Notes under the pieces: model-generated | Database searches by the model: none | Seen by the model: the letters and a program-made list of their open reading frames with translations, nothing else | Told to the model about the DNA's origin: nothing | Made by a program: the position numbers and the translations under genes | Origin: an uncultured Gemmatimonadales bacterium | GTDB taxonomy: Bacteria > Gemmatimonadota > Gemmatimonadetes > Gemmatimonadales > GWC2-71-9 | Length of the DNA stretch: 64,000 nucleotides | Assembly (NCBI GenBank): GCA_963771275.1 | Contig: CAVYSW010000010.1 | Span: forward strand, 448,001 to 512,000 | Direction of reading: 5' to 3' | In this document: positions 18,677-28,070 of the stretch, piece after piece | Position numbering within the stretch: the stretch's first letter is position 1 | Layout: each line of letters starts with the position of its first letter

Positions 18677-20308
18677 TCACTCGCGTCGATACCGCCAGGC
18701 CACCGCGCCGCCCTGCTCGACACGCACCTGGATGGCCTCGCGGCCGCCCGGCGCGAGGGCCGGGACGGCGGCGGCCTGACGGAACAGGACCGTTCCCGCC
18801 GGGTCGAGGAACTCGAACATCAGCGCCATCGCCGCCAGCGGACGGCCCACCACGTTGCGCACCGTCCCGCTCACGCTGGTGGCGCGCGCGCCGGGGGTGA
18901 ACTGGCTGATCGTGACGTTCCAGGCGAGTCCGGTGTCGGCGAGTGCGAGATAGCGGGCGGTGGAATCGGCTTGGCCGGCGAGATCCCAAGCGAGCGCCAT
19001 CGCCCGGGCGCTCGCGGGGTTCAGCGGCTCGAGCGCGAGCAGCCGGCGCGCGACGTCCGCCAGGGGCGTCGCGCGGCCGAGGGCGTGGTACGCGTGCACC
19101 AGCACCGTGAGCGCGCGCTGGTCGTTGACGTTCCGGATGAGCGCCGCCTCGAGCAGCCCCGCCGCCGGGCCCGGCAGTCCGTCGCCGAGCAGGCCGAGGG
19201 CGGCCTGCACCAGCGTGGGCGCGTCCGCCGCGGGTGCGGCCGACACCCGCTGCACCAAAGAGTCGAGCGCAGCGCGATTGCCGGTCGCCGCCTGCAGGCG
19301 GAGCATCTGCATGGCGGCATTGACGTCGCCGGGGTAGTGCTCGAGCAACCGGCGATAGTACCGCAACGCGGGCTCCAGCGCCGTCGTGGCGGCCGTGCTC
19401 TCCGCCGCGGCCGCGACCGTCAGCGAGTCGGCGGCGCGCCGCTCCGCCGCGAGCCGCTCCGACAGCGCCGTGGAGTCGCGCTGGAAATTCTGGAGTGATT
19501 GGGGCGTCAAGCGCCCGCCGCCGGCGCGCAGGCCGCCGACCTCGGCGATGATCCGCGCCAGCAAAGCGGAGTCCCGGGCAATCGGTCCGGGCATGGAATC
19601 GCGGGCCACCCGGGTCCGCGCTGCCGACGCGACGGCGGGCTCATGCTGGTACGCCCGCGTCTCATACGCCCGCGCGACCTCGAGTTCGGCCTGCTTGAGC
19701 CGCTGCGCGTGCGTCGTGTCGGTCACGGCCTGCGTACCCTCGTCCAGCCAGCGCGCGGCGGCATCGGGCTCCCCCAGCGAGGCGAACATCAGCGCCTCGT
19801 AGAGCGGCACACCCGCGTCGCCCGGGGCGAGGCTCCGCGCCAAGGCAAAGGCGGCGATGGCGGAATCGCGCTGGCTCGCGCCCCAGAGCCGTAACGCCTC
19901 GCTCAACGCGATCGCTGCCAGCGGGGCTTCGTAGATGGCGATGTCGGAGGCGCAGTCGGGGGCAAGGGCCAACGCGCGGCGAAACGCCGAATCCGCGCCG
20001 GAGGGGTCAGGCCCTTCCACGTAGTAGCGGCCGAGGTAGTACCACGCCGCAGGGTTGTCCGCCTGACCACCCGTCGTCATCGCTTGGAGCAGGATCTTCC
20101 GCGCCTCGGCCAGGCGGCTGAGGCGTTGGTCAGGAAATCGCGCCTCGACGGCCTGCTTGAGCTGCATCACGGCGCCGTTGATCAGGTAATGCCCGGTGGA
20201 GAGCTTGCACGGCGGGCGATGACCGACCCACGTGCCCTGAGCCCACGCGGGTCCGGCGAGAGCACCCGCCGCGGCAAGCGCGATCACGAGCCGCGCGACG
20301 CGAACCAT
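18677..20308 (-). CDS. Exported TPR protein with C-terminal FxLYD-like Ig domain
   Basis: Signal peptide MVRVARLVIALAAAGALAGPAWA; TPR motif AWYYLGRYY; C-terminal VSGTVRN...FEFLDPAG...AWRYR. Confidence 0.7.
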   Translation of the reverse strand: MVRVARLVIALAAAGALAGPAWAQGTWVGHRPPCKLSTGHYLINGAVMQLKQAVEARFPDQRLSRLAEARKILLQAMTTGGQADNPAAWYYLGRYYVEGPDPSGADSAFRRALALAPDCASDIAIYEAPLAAIALSEALRLWGASQRDSAIAAFALARSLAPGDAGVPLYEALMFASLGEPDAAARWLDEGTQAVTDTTHAQRLKQAELEVARAYETRAYQHEPAVASAARTRVARDSMPGPIARDSALLARIIAEVGGLRAGGGRLTPQSLQNFQRDSTALSERLAAERRAADSLTVAAAAESTAATTALEPALRYYRRLLEHYPGDVNAAMQMLRLQAATGNRAALDSLVQRVSAAPAADAPTLVQAALGLLGDGLPGPAAGLLEAALIRNVNDQRALTVLVHAYHALGRATPLADVARRLLALEPLNPASARAMALAWDLAGQADSTARYLALADTGLAWNVTISQFTPGARATSVSGTVRNVVGRPLAAMALMFEFLDPAGTVLFRQAAAVPALAPGGREAIQVRVEQGGAVAWRYRRE

Positions 20309-20414
20309 AGGGCCTCCCACGGATGGGACGAAGGATGGTGGGCAGAAGGTACGTCTGCGGTCTCCGGAGCGGAACACCACGGGTCGGCGCCGCGCGCATG
20401 GGGATGTGAAACGG

Positions 20415-20444
20415 CGAACCCCGGAGCGGGGGCTCCGGGGTTCG
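20415..20444 (-). terminator. Hairpin immediately downstream of tRNA-Gly
   Basis: CGAACCCCGGAGC-GGGG-GCTCCGGGGTTCG, a perfect 13-bp stem. Confidence 0.6.
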
Positions 20445-20449
20445 TAAAG

Positions 20450-20522
<73 letters not shown>

Positions 20523-20571
20523 GAATGGAGCGGAGTATGCCGGCGCTCCGCCCCGCCTGTCAAGCAATCAG

Positions 20572-22005
20572 CTACGTGCCGACGCGGTACCGCCAGGCGG
20601 CAAGGCCGACCCCCTCCGGCGCCAGGGTGAATGGCACGACGCCCTCGCCCTCGATCGTCTGCGGGTCGATCGTCAGGGTCCGTACCACGTCCCCCTTCTC
20701 GTTGAGAAACTCGAACGTGATCGCCGGCACATTCACCGGCTGGGACTTGGTGTTGGTGATCACGCCCTTCACTTCCCAGGACGTGCCTCTCACCGGGAGG
20801 AACGTGCTCACGGTGAGGTCGATCGGCATCTCTTGCGCGCGCTGGAGGACCGCGAGGGTCGAATCCGACAGGTCGCGCAGCTGATACGATGCCGCGAGCA
20901 GTCGCAGCGACGCCGCGTTCGCCGGATCGACCGCGATGAGGCGCTCTACCACGGGCGTCATCCGCTCACCGTACTCGCGCTCGGTCTTCGGCAGCTCGGC
21001 CTTCGTGACGGTGGACTCGGCCGCCTGGGCCATCGACAGGTACGTATTCGCGAGATTGAACAACGCGTCGCGGTAATAGGGATTGCGCTCCAGGCCCTTT
21101 TCGAACGCTTCGGCGGCCCGGTGCAGCCGATGCGCGCGGAACATCGCCACGCCCGTCTGAAACACCTCGAGCGTGGGCATCGAGTCGGCCCGCATCAGCA
21201 CCGTGTCGTACAGGGCCACCGCCTCGTCCTGACGGCCGGCCTGGTCCAGCACGCTCGCCAGCTCGGCGGCGGCCTTCGCGTCGTTCGGGTTGACTTGACG
21301 GTACCGCCGGTACCAGTAGGCGGCGGAGTCAAGGCTCTTGTCCATGTGGAACAGCGTCGCGATGTTGAAGGACGCGGTTTCGCGGATGTCCGCGTAGTTC
21401 GCGTTGTTGGCGTTGGCACTGTCCATCGCGCTCTTCAGGGCGATCTCGAGGTAGTAGATCGCGCTATCGCGCTGGGACTGGTTGGCGAACACCTGGCCGA
21501 GATAGTAGTACGCCGGCGGCTCGGTCGCGAAGATGCGGTTTGCCTGCCGGAGCAGCGGCTTGGCCCCCTCGGGGTCGTTGGCCTTCATCCGCTCGACCGC
21601 GGCGTTCAGGATCGGCACCCACAACCGTCGCCGATGGAGGTTGATGTCGGCCGCGCACTGCGGCGCGAGTGCCTGGGCGCGCGTGAACGCCGAATCGGCG
21701 CCGTCGACGTCCTTCAGCTCCTCGTAATAGCGCCCGAGGTAGTACCACACCGCGGGATCCTCGGCGCGGCCCTTGTTGAGCGCCTCGAGCAGCACACGGT
21801 TGGCATCCCTCAGGTGTCGCTGGCGGTCGTCCTGGAACACCCCCCGCCGTGTCGCGTTCTGCAGGTAGAGGACCGCACTGTTGACGAGGTAGTGGCCCTT
21901 TTTCAGTTCGCAGGTCGCGGGGACGAATCCCCCTTGGGCCCGTGCGCGCGGTGCCACCGCGCCGCTCGCCGCCGCCACCGTGATCCCGACGATCCACCAC
22001 TTCAT
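20572..22005 (-). CDS. Exported TPR protein with C-terminal FxLYD-like Ig domain (paralogue of 18677-20308)
   Basis: Signal peptide MKWWIVGITVAAASGAVAPRARA; TPRs (VWYYLGRYY, ALFNLANTY); C-terminal VKGVITN...FEFLNEKG...AWRYR. Confidence 0.72.
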   Translation of the reverse strand: MKWWIVGITVAAASGAVAPRARAQGGFVPATCELKKGHYLVNSAVLYLQNATRRGVFQDDRQRHLRDANRVLLEALNKGRAEDPAVWYYLGRYYEELKDVDGADSAFTRAQALAPQCAADINLHRRRLWVPILNAAVERMKANDPEGAKPLLRQANRIFATEPPAYYYLGQVFANQSQRDSAIYYLEIALKSAMDSANANNANYADIRETASFNIATLFHMDKSLDSAAYWYRRYRQVNPNDAKAAAELASVLDQAGRQDEAVALYDTVLMRADSMPTLEVFQTGVAMFRAHRLHRAAEAFEKGLERNPYYRDALFNLANTYLSMAQAAESTVTKAELPKTEREYGERMTPVVERLIAVDPANAASLRLLAASYQLRDLSDSTLAVLQRAQEMPIDLTVSTFLPVRGTSWEVKGVITNTKSQPVNVPAITFEFLNEKGDVVRTLTIDPQTIEGEGVVPFTLAPEGVGLAAWRYRVGT

Positions 22006-23219
22006 GCTCGCTCCTGGGTGAGCAGTTTGTTTTCCAGTTGGGCCGCCGCCCGTCGCTCCGCGTCGCGCGCCACCTGCCACGCGGGCAGTCGCAGCCGGTC
22101 CGCGGCCGCCACCACGTCATCGTACTCCGCCTTCAGCCGGGTTCCCCCGGGGGCATCCCACAGCTTGATCCGTACCCGCCCGCCGCCGGTTAGCTCCACC
22201 GCCATCTCCCGCCGGCTCAACGTCTCCCGCAGCATCGTCGTGCGACGGATGCCGCCGGTCGTGCTGTGCCGAAACAGGGTGTCGATGACCCGGGCCGCGT
22301 GGTCCGGCGGCGCGAGCACCTCGACGCGCACCCCGCTACGGCCCTTCTTGCCCTGCACCGGCCACACCACACACTCCACGGCACCGGCCTGGAACGCCGC
22401 CTGCCGGAGCGGCTCAATGTACTCCGGACTCATGTCGTCGATGTCGGCCGCGATGACCTCGACGATTCCCGCCTCGACAGCCGCGTCCGCGAGCAGCAAG
22501 CGGAGCGCGTTGGGATACCCCGCCGGATCCCGTCGCCCGGCGCCCCAGCCGCTCCCCACCAGGCGCCACCGCCCGGGGGGCGCTCCGCGCGACAGCACCC
22601 GCAGCAGCGCGGCGCCCGTGGGCGTGGTCGCTTCACCTTCGATCGGGCCGCCGCTCGTCACGTCCTGCCCCTCGAGCAGCAGCGCCGTCGCCGGCGCCGG
22701 CACGGGCAGCGCGCCATGCGCCGCGTTCACCCACCCGGTCCCCACAGCCACGGGGAGATGGTAGACGGCGTCGATGCCGAGCTGTTCGAACCCCTCGATG
22801 CCGCCAATCAGATCCAGCACGGCGTCCACCGCGCCGACTTCGTGCAGGTGGACCCGGTCGGGCGTCGTCCCGTGCACCCGGGCCTCCGCCTCCCCGAGCA
22901 GCGCGAACGCGCGGACCGCGCGCTCGCGAACCCACTGCGACACCGGCGCGCGCTCGACCAAAGCGATCAGGTCGGGCACGTGCCGTCCGTGCTCGGTGCC
23001 GTCGGCCGCTCCGGCTGGGGCATCCGGGATGTCGAAGTCCACCTTCACGGCCTCGACGCCGGCCCGCGCCACGCGGCGAATGCCGACTCGGACATTCGGG
23101 AATCCGAGGCGGGTGGGCAACCCGGTGATCCAGCTGGCCGGGGCGCCCGCATCGAGCAGCGCACCGAGCAACATGTCACCGCTGATGCCGGCGGCGGGGT
23201 CCAGGATGGCAAAGCGCAT
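22002..23219 (-). CDS. larC: Nickel pincer cofactor biosynthesis protein LarC
   Basis: DPAAGISGDMLLGALLD, VHLHEVGAVDA, AHGALPVPAPAT, TPTGAA, IDDMSPE and KAEYDD. Confidence 0.92.
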   Translation of the reverse strand: MRFAILDPAAGISGDMLLGALLDAGAPASWITGLPTRLGFPNVRVGIRRVARAGVEAVKVDFDIPDAPAGAADGTEHGRHVPDLIALVERAPVSQWVRERAVRAFALLGEAEARVHGTTPDRVHLHEVGAVDAVLDLIGGIEGFEQLGIDAVYHLPVAVGTGWVNAAHGALPVPAPATALLLEGQDVTSGGPIEGEATTPTGAALLRVLSRGAPPGRWRLVGSGWGAGRRDPAGYPNALRLLLADAAVEAGIVEVIAADIDDMSPEYIEPLRQAAFQAGAVECVVWPVQGKKGRSGVRVEVLAPPDHAARVIDTLFRHSTTGGIRRTTMLRETLSRREMAVELTGGGRVRIKLWDAPGGTRLKAEYDDVVAAADRLRLPAWQVARDAERRAAAQLENKLLTQERA

Positions 23220-23251
23220 GTCGCAACTCAACGATAAAATATCACCAACGG

Positions 23252-24403
23252 CTACCGGTAAAGCCACCCGGCGCCGGTGTTGAACACGACGACGCGGTGC
23301 TCCGGCTGCACGATGCCCCGCTCCACCAGCTTGGCGAGCGCGGCGACGGCGGCCCCGCCTTCCGGGCTCATGTCGAGCCCCTCCGTGCCTGCGACGCGCT
23401 GTTCGGCGGCCGACAAGTCCTCGTCGGGAATCGCCACCGCCGCTCCGCCGGTCTCACGCAAGCCGCGCAGGACCAGCGCCCCACCCAACGGCGCGGGGAC
23501 GCGCAGCCCGCTCGCCACCGTCACCGGGTTCTCCCAGGCGGTGGTGGCGGCCGCGCCGGCTTCAAAGGCCTGGACCACGGGAGCGCACCCCGTGGACTGA
23601 ACGCTGAACAGCCGGGTCTGCGCGGTCGCCGGCAGCCAGCCCGCCTCCCGCAACTCCACGAACGCCTTCCACATGCCGATCAGCCCGGTCCCCCCGCCCG
23701 TCGGGTAGATGATCGCGTCCGGCAGCGTCCAGCCCAGCTGCTCGGCGATCTCCAGGCCGAGGGTCTTCTTGCCTTCGATGCGATAGGGCTCGCGCAGGGT
23801 GGAAACGTCGAAGGCGCCGCTCGTCGCGGCCCATGCGCGCGAGGCGCGGCCGCAATCGCCGATGTGCCCGTCCTCGACGTGGAGGTCGCCGCCGTAGACG
23901 CCCACCGACTCCAGCAGGCGCGCCGGCGTCGCGCGCGGTGCATACACGCGGACCTCGCAGCCGGCGCGCGTCCCGTAGGCGCTGAGGGCGACCCCCGCGT
24001 TGCCGGCCGTGGGCACGGTGAAGCGCCGGGCGCCGCCGGCGATCGCGCGCGTCACCGCCGCCGACATGCCCCGCGCCTTGAAGGAGCCGGTCGGGTTCTG
24101 CGCTTCGTCCTTGATCCACACAGTGGAGACGCCGAGGGCGCGCTCGATCGAGGGGACACGAACGAGCGGGGTCATGCCTTCGCCGAGCGACACCGGCGTC
24201 TCGTCCCCCACGAGCGGCAGCCACTCGCGATAGCGCCACATCGTCGCCGGGCGGTCCAACAGGGTCTTCCGCAGCGCGGGATCCGGCCGGCGGTGATAGC
24301 GGACGAGCCACGGGGCGCCGCAGGCGGGGCACACGGTGGGGAGGCCGTCAGCCGCGCCCTGTGTGGTGCAGCCGGAGCATTCGAGATACCAGTCGTAAGT
24401 CAT
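23252..24403 (-). CDS. thrC: Threonine synthase (PLP-dependent)
   Basis: VSLGEGMTPL, QNPTGSFKARG, EPYRIEGKKT and YPTGGGTGLIG. Confidence 0.88.
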   Translation of the reverse strand: MTYDWYLECSGCTTQGAADGLPTVCPACGAPWLVRYHRRPDPALRKTLLDRPATMWRYREWLPLVGDETPVSLGEGMTPLVRVPSIERALGVSTVWIKDEAQNPTGSFKARGMSAAVTRAIAGGARRFTVPTAGNAGVALSAYGTRAGCEVRVYAPRATPARLLESVGVYGGDLHVEDGHIGDCGRASRAWAATSGAFDVSTLREPYRIEGKKTLGLEIAEQLGWTLPDAIIYPTGGGTGLIGMWKAFVELREAGWLPATAQTRLFSVQSTGCAPVVQAFEAGAAATTAWENPVTVASGLRVPAPLGGALVLRGLRETGGAAVAIPDEDLSAAEQRVAGTEGLDMSPEGGAAVAALAKLVERGIVQPEHRVVVFNTGAGWLYR

Positions 24404-26226
24404 GGTCGGAGATGATCCAGGATGCGCATGGCCAGACGGGTCGAGAACCCGGGAACGGCGGCGATCTCCGCCGCGCTCGCCAGGCGCACGCCCGCGAGGC
24501 TGCCGAAGCGCTCGAGCAGAGCGCGTCGGCGAGCCGGACCGATGCCGGGAATGTTGAGCAGCTCGGAGGTCATGGTGCGTGCCGAGCGGCGCTTGCGGTT
24601 ATACGTCACGGCAAAGCGGTGCGCCTCGTCGCGCGCGCGCTGCAACAGGCGGAGCGACGGGCTGCGCCGCGAGAGGCGCAGCGCGGCCGGGCGCCCCGGA
24701 AGAAACACCTCTTCCTCGCGCTTGGCGAGGCTGGCAAGCTGCACGGCGACCGGCCCGATGTCCTTGATCGCCGTCTGGGCGGCCGCCAGCTGCCCCTTGC
24801 CACCGTCGATCACCATGAGGCTGGGAAGCGGCTTCGCTTCGGCGAGGCGGCGGGAAACGTATCGCGTGACGATTTCGCCGATCGCGGCGTAGTCGTCGGG
24901 ACCCGCGACGTCCGGCGCCTCGCTCGCCCGGATCTTGAACCGCCGGTACTCGCTCTTCTTGGGCCGGCCGGCCTCGAACCAGACGAGGCTGCCCACGGTG
25001 TCGCGCCCCTGACTGGTGGACGCGTCGATGCAGACGATGCTGCGGGGCACGGCCGTGAGCCCGAGATCGCGGCCCAGGGCGTACACCGGATCCTCGGCGC
25101 GCTCGTCGGTTTCCAGGGCCTCGATGCGGAAGCTCTCGAGGGCGTGCCGCGCGTTCTGGTCCGCGAGGTCCACGACGCGCCGCAACGCCCCGCGCTGGGG
25201 GGTGAACCACTCGGCGTCCGGAACGAGCTCGGCGAGGCCCGCGGCATCCTCCGGCGCGAACGGCAGGATCGCGCGGCGCGCGCGGTTCTCCGCCAGGCGG
25301 TACCATTGCACCAGCGCCATGCTGAGGATCCGCTGGTCCGGCTCCTCGGCGAGGTTGTGGAGAAACCGCGTCTCGCGCGCCACGACCTTCCCGCCGCGGA
25401 CGCGGAGCAGGACGACCGCCGCGTCATCGCCGTCGCGCGCGAACCCGAGTCCGTCCGCGTCGCCTCCGCCGACCTGCTCGACGGCCGGCGGCTGCTCGAG
25501 CTGCTCGAGCCAGCGGATCGCGTTGCGCAGCTCCGCCGCGCGCTCGAAGTCGAGGGCCGTCGCCGCGGCGTCCATCCGTTGGCGCAGCCGGCCACGCACC
25601 TCGACCGTGCGCCCCTCGAGCAACGCCACGACATCGTCGATCATCGCGCGGTAGGCGACCGGCGATTGCCGGCCCACGCAGGGGGCCTGACAGCGCCCGA
25701 TGTGGTAGTCGAGGCAGGCACGATCGGGCGCGTCGCCGGGGAGGTCGTAGTGGCAGGAGCGCACCGTGAATATCCGGCGGATGATGCGCAGGGTGCGCCG
25801 CAGCGTTCCCACGTCGGTGTAGGGCCCGAAGTAGCGTGCCCCCGGCAGCGCCACCCGTCGCACGACGAGCACCCGCGGGAACGGCTCACCGAGCGTGACC
25901 GCGATCGACGGGTAGCTCTTGTCGTCGCGGAGCTGGATGTTGAACCGCGGCGCGTGCTCCTTGATGAGGTTGTTCTCCAGCAGCAGCGCCTGCGACTCCG
26001 AGGGGACCACGATCGTGTCCAGGGCGGTCGCGACCCGCAGCAGCATGCGGGTCTTGGGGCTCGCGTCGTGGTCGGCCGACAGGTAGCTCCGCACCCGCTG
26101 GCGGAGCCGCTTGGCCTTCCCGACGTACACGACCCTGCCCTGGCGGTCCTTCCAGAGGTACACGCCGGGCTGGTCGGGCAGCGTGTCGAGCTGGCGCTGC
26201 AGGTCGGACGGCGGCCCGGCGATCAT
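24400..26226 (-). CDS. uvrC: Excinuclease ABC subunit C
   Basis: LPDQPGVYLW..VVYVGKAKRLRQRV (GIY-YIG), IDGGKGQL, RDEAHRFA and HhH motif IPGIGP; true start ATG 26226. Confidence 0.96.
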   Translation of the reverse strand: MIAGPPSDLQRQLDTLPDQPGVYLWKDRQGRVVYVGKAKRLRQRVRSYLSADHDASPKTRMLLRVATALDTIVVPSESQALLLENNLIKEHAPRFNIQLRDDKSYPSIAVTLGEPFPRVLVVRRVALPGARYFGPYTDVGTLRRTLRIIRRIFTVRSCHYDLPGDAPDRACLDYHIGRCQAPCVGRQSPVAYRAMIDDVVALLEGRTVEVRGRLRQRMDAAATALDFERAAELRNAIRWLEQLEQPPAVEQVGGGDADGLGFARDGDDAAVVLLRVRGGKVVARETRFLHNLAEEPDQRILSMALVQWYRLAENRARRAILPFAPEDAAGLAELVPDAEWFTPQRGALRRVVDLADQNARHALESFRIEALETDERAEDPVYALGRDLGLTAVPRSIVCIDASTSQGRDTVGSLVWFEAGRPKKSEYRRFKIRASEAPDVAGPDDYAAIGEIVTRYVSRRLAEAKPLPSLMVIDGGKGQLAAAQTAIKDIGPVAVQLASLAKREEEVFLPGRPAALRLSRRSPSLRLLQRARDEAHRFAVTYNRKRRSARTMTSELLNIPGIGPARRRALLERFGSLAGVRLASAAEIAAVPGFSTRLAMRILDHLRP

Positions 26227-27770
26227 GGGGGGGTGGCCCCATCGCGCCGCAGGGCTGCCACGAGCCGGCGTGCCTCGGGATGGCCGAGCGCGAAGGTCAC
26301 TATCCCGTACCCCGCGGCGAATGTCGCAAGGCCCACCAGGCAAACGACGCCGACCGGCGCGCCCTCCAGGATGCGGGCTCCCGCGAGCGCCAGGCCGGCC
26401 GCGGCGGTCGCTCCCAGCAGCACCGCCACGAACGCCGGCCGGTCGGCGGCGGTCACCACGGGTCCGATGCGTCGCTCGAGCCGCGTGACGAGGAGGCTCA
26501 CGTTCACGTAGGAGCCCAACGCCGCCCCCAGCGCGATGCCGGCCGGACCGAGCACCTGCATGAGCAGGGCCTCCATGCCGGCCGAGAGCGCAACGACGAG
26601 CACGGCGATGCGCACGGGTGTGCGCGTGTCGCCGAAGGCGTAGAACCCCGAGGCGAACAGCTTGATGGAGGCCTGCCCGAGCAGGCCGATGGAGTAGGCT
26701 GCCAGCACGCCCGTCGCGACCGCGGTGTCCGCCGCCCCGAACTTGCCGGTCTGGAACAGCGTGGCGATGATCGGGGTCCCCAGCGCGGCGAACGCATAGG
26801 CGGATGGCACGACGAAGTAGGTGATGCGCCGTGCTCCGTCGGCGATCCGGCGGCGCACGACGGCCATCTCCGTGGTCGCGGCGTCGCGCGACAGCTCCGG
26901 CAGGGCGACCGCGGCGACGCTCACACCGAACAGCGACACGGGAAGCAGGGCGACGAGCTGGGCATAGCCGAGGACGGCGACCGCGCCCAGGCCGAGCAGC
27001 GAGCCCAGCTGGGTATCGACGACGCTCGAGACCTGCACGACGCCGGCGCCGACCACGACGGGCAGCCAGGCGCGTATCACCTGGCGCACGCCCCGCGGCG
27101 AGAGGCTGAGCCCCCACTCGAACCGCCCCAGGAGCCGCAGCGTGGTGGGGAGCTGGACCGCCAGCTGCAGCACGCTCCCGACCAACGCCCCGACCGCGAG
27201 AGCGACCGCCAGCCGCGCGCCGAGCAGCACGCCTCCCAGCGTCACCATGGTGGCGATCTGGACGATGTTCCAGATCGCTTGCGACGCGTAGGGGAGGAAG
27301 AACCGGCGATGCGTGTTGAGGATACCCAGGCACCAGGCCGTGAGGATGATGATCCCGAACATCGGGAACATGATCTCCACCAGTCGCACCGTGAGATCGC
27401 GCGTGGGCCCGCCGAAGCCCGGGGCCACGATGTCGGTGATGATCGGGGCCAGGGCGATGCCGACGGCGGCGGCGGCGGCGGAAACCAGTACGAGCAGGGA
27501 GGCGATCGTCCCCGCGAGCACGCGAGCATCCTCGGTTTCGCCGCGGGCGAGCATGCCGGCGTACACCGGAATGAACGATGCCGAGAGCGTCCCTTCCCCG
27601 AGCAGATTGCGGATCGCGTTGGGAATGCGCAGGGCCGCCCGGAACGCGTCGGCCGACGGGCCCAGTCCGAAGTAGTGGGCGAAGACGCGCTCGCGCAGGA
27701 AGCCGACGAGGCGACTGAGGAGGATCCCGGCGGCGACGCGCGTCGCGAGCCGTCCTTGGGACGGCGCCAT
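26223..27770 (-). CDS. murJ: Lipid II flippase MurJ (MviN)
   Basis: SRLVGFLRE, ADAFRAALRIPN.IR.LLGEGTLSASFIPV and FYAFGDTRTPV. Confidence 0.95.
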   Translation of the reverse strand: MAPSQGRLATRVAAGILLSRLVGFLRERVFAHYFGLGPSADAFRAALRIPNAIRNLLGEGTLSASFIPVYAGMLARGETEDARVLAGTIASLLVLVSAAAAAVGIALAPIITDIVAPGFGGPTRDLTVRLVEIMFPMFGIIILTAWCLGILNTHRRFFLPYASQAIWNIVQIATMVTLGGVLLGARLAVALAVGALVGSVLQLAVQLPTTLRLLGRFEWGLSLSPRGVRQVIRAWLPVVVGAGVVQVSSVVDTQLGSLLGLGAVAVLGYAQLVALLPVSLFGVSVAAVALPELSRDAATTEMAVVRRRIADGARRITYFVVPSAYAFAALGTPIIATLFQTGKFGAADTAVATGVLAAYSIGLLGQASIKLFASGFYAFGDTRTPVRIAVLVVALSAGMEALLMQVLGPAGIALGAALGSYVNVSLLVTRLERRIGPVVTAADRPAFVAVLLGATAAAGLALAGARILEGAPVGVVCLVGLATFAAGYGIVTFALGHPEARRLVAALRRDGATPP

Positions 27771-27773
27771 CGT

Positions 27774-28061
27774 CTACCTGGCGGGCGGGAGCTTCGGGGC
27801 CGACTTCTCCTCGGCGCTCTCGAGGAGCCGCTGGATGAACTGGGTGTCGTCCTTGAGCAGCTGTATGCTGCGCCCGAGGTCGTCGACCTCGTCCTCCAGC
27901 ACTGCGAGGCGCTTCTTCATGTCTTCCACGTCGCCCGCGGTCAGGCCGCCCGCCTTGCGCGACTCGACGAGGCGGTGAAGGACAGGGGAATCCAGCACGA
28001 TCGCCAGGATCGGGATCATGAGGAATACCAGGAGGATGACAAATCCGATTGCCCACACCAT
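27774..28061 (-). CDS. Small membrane protein with coiled coil, function unknown
   Basis: N-terminal TM then heptad pattern (MKKRLAVLEDEVDDLGRSIQLLKDD); fits between bshC and murJ. Confidence 0.75.
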   Translation of the reverse strand: MVWAIGFVILLVFLMIPILAIVLDSPVLHRLVESRKAGGLTAGDVEDMKKRLAVLEDEVDDLGRSIQLLKDDTQFIQRLLESAEEKSAPKLPPAR

Positions 28062-28070
28062 GACCGGATA

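Noticed and set aside
24400..28056. 1218-aa ORF suggesting a giant UvrC fusion
   Set aside because: UvrC homology begins at ATG 26226; the upstream part is an Arg/Pro-rich alternative frame running through murJ
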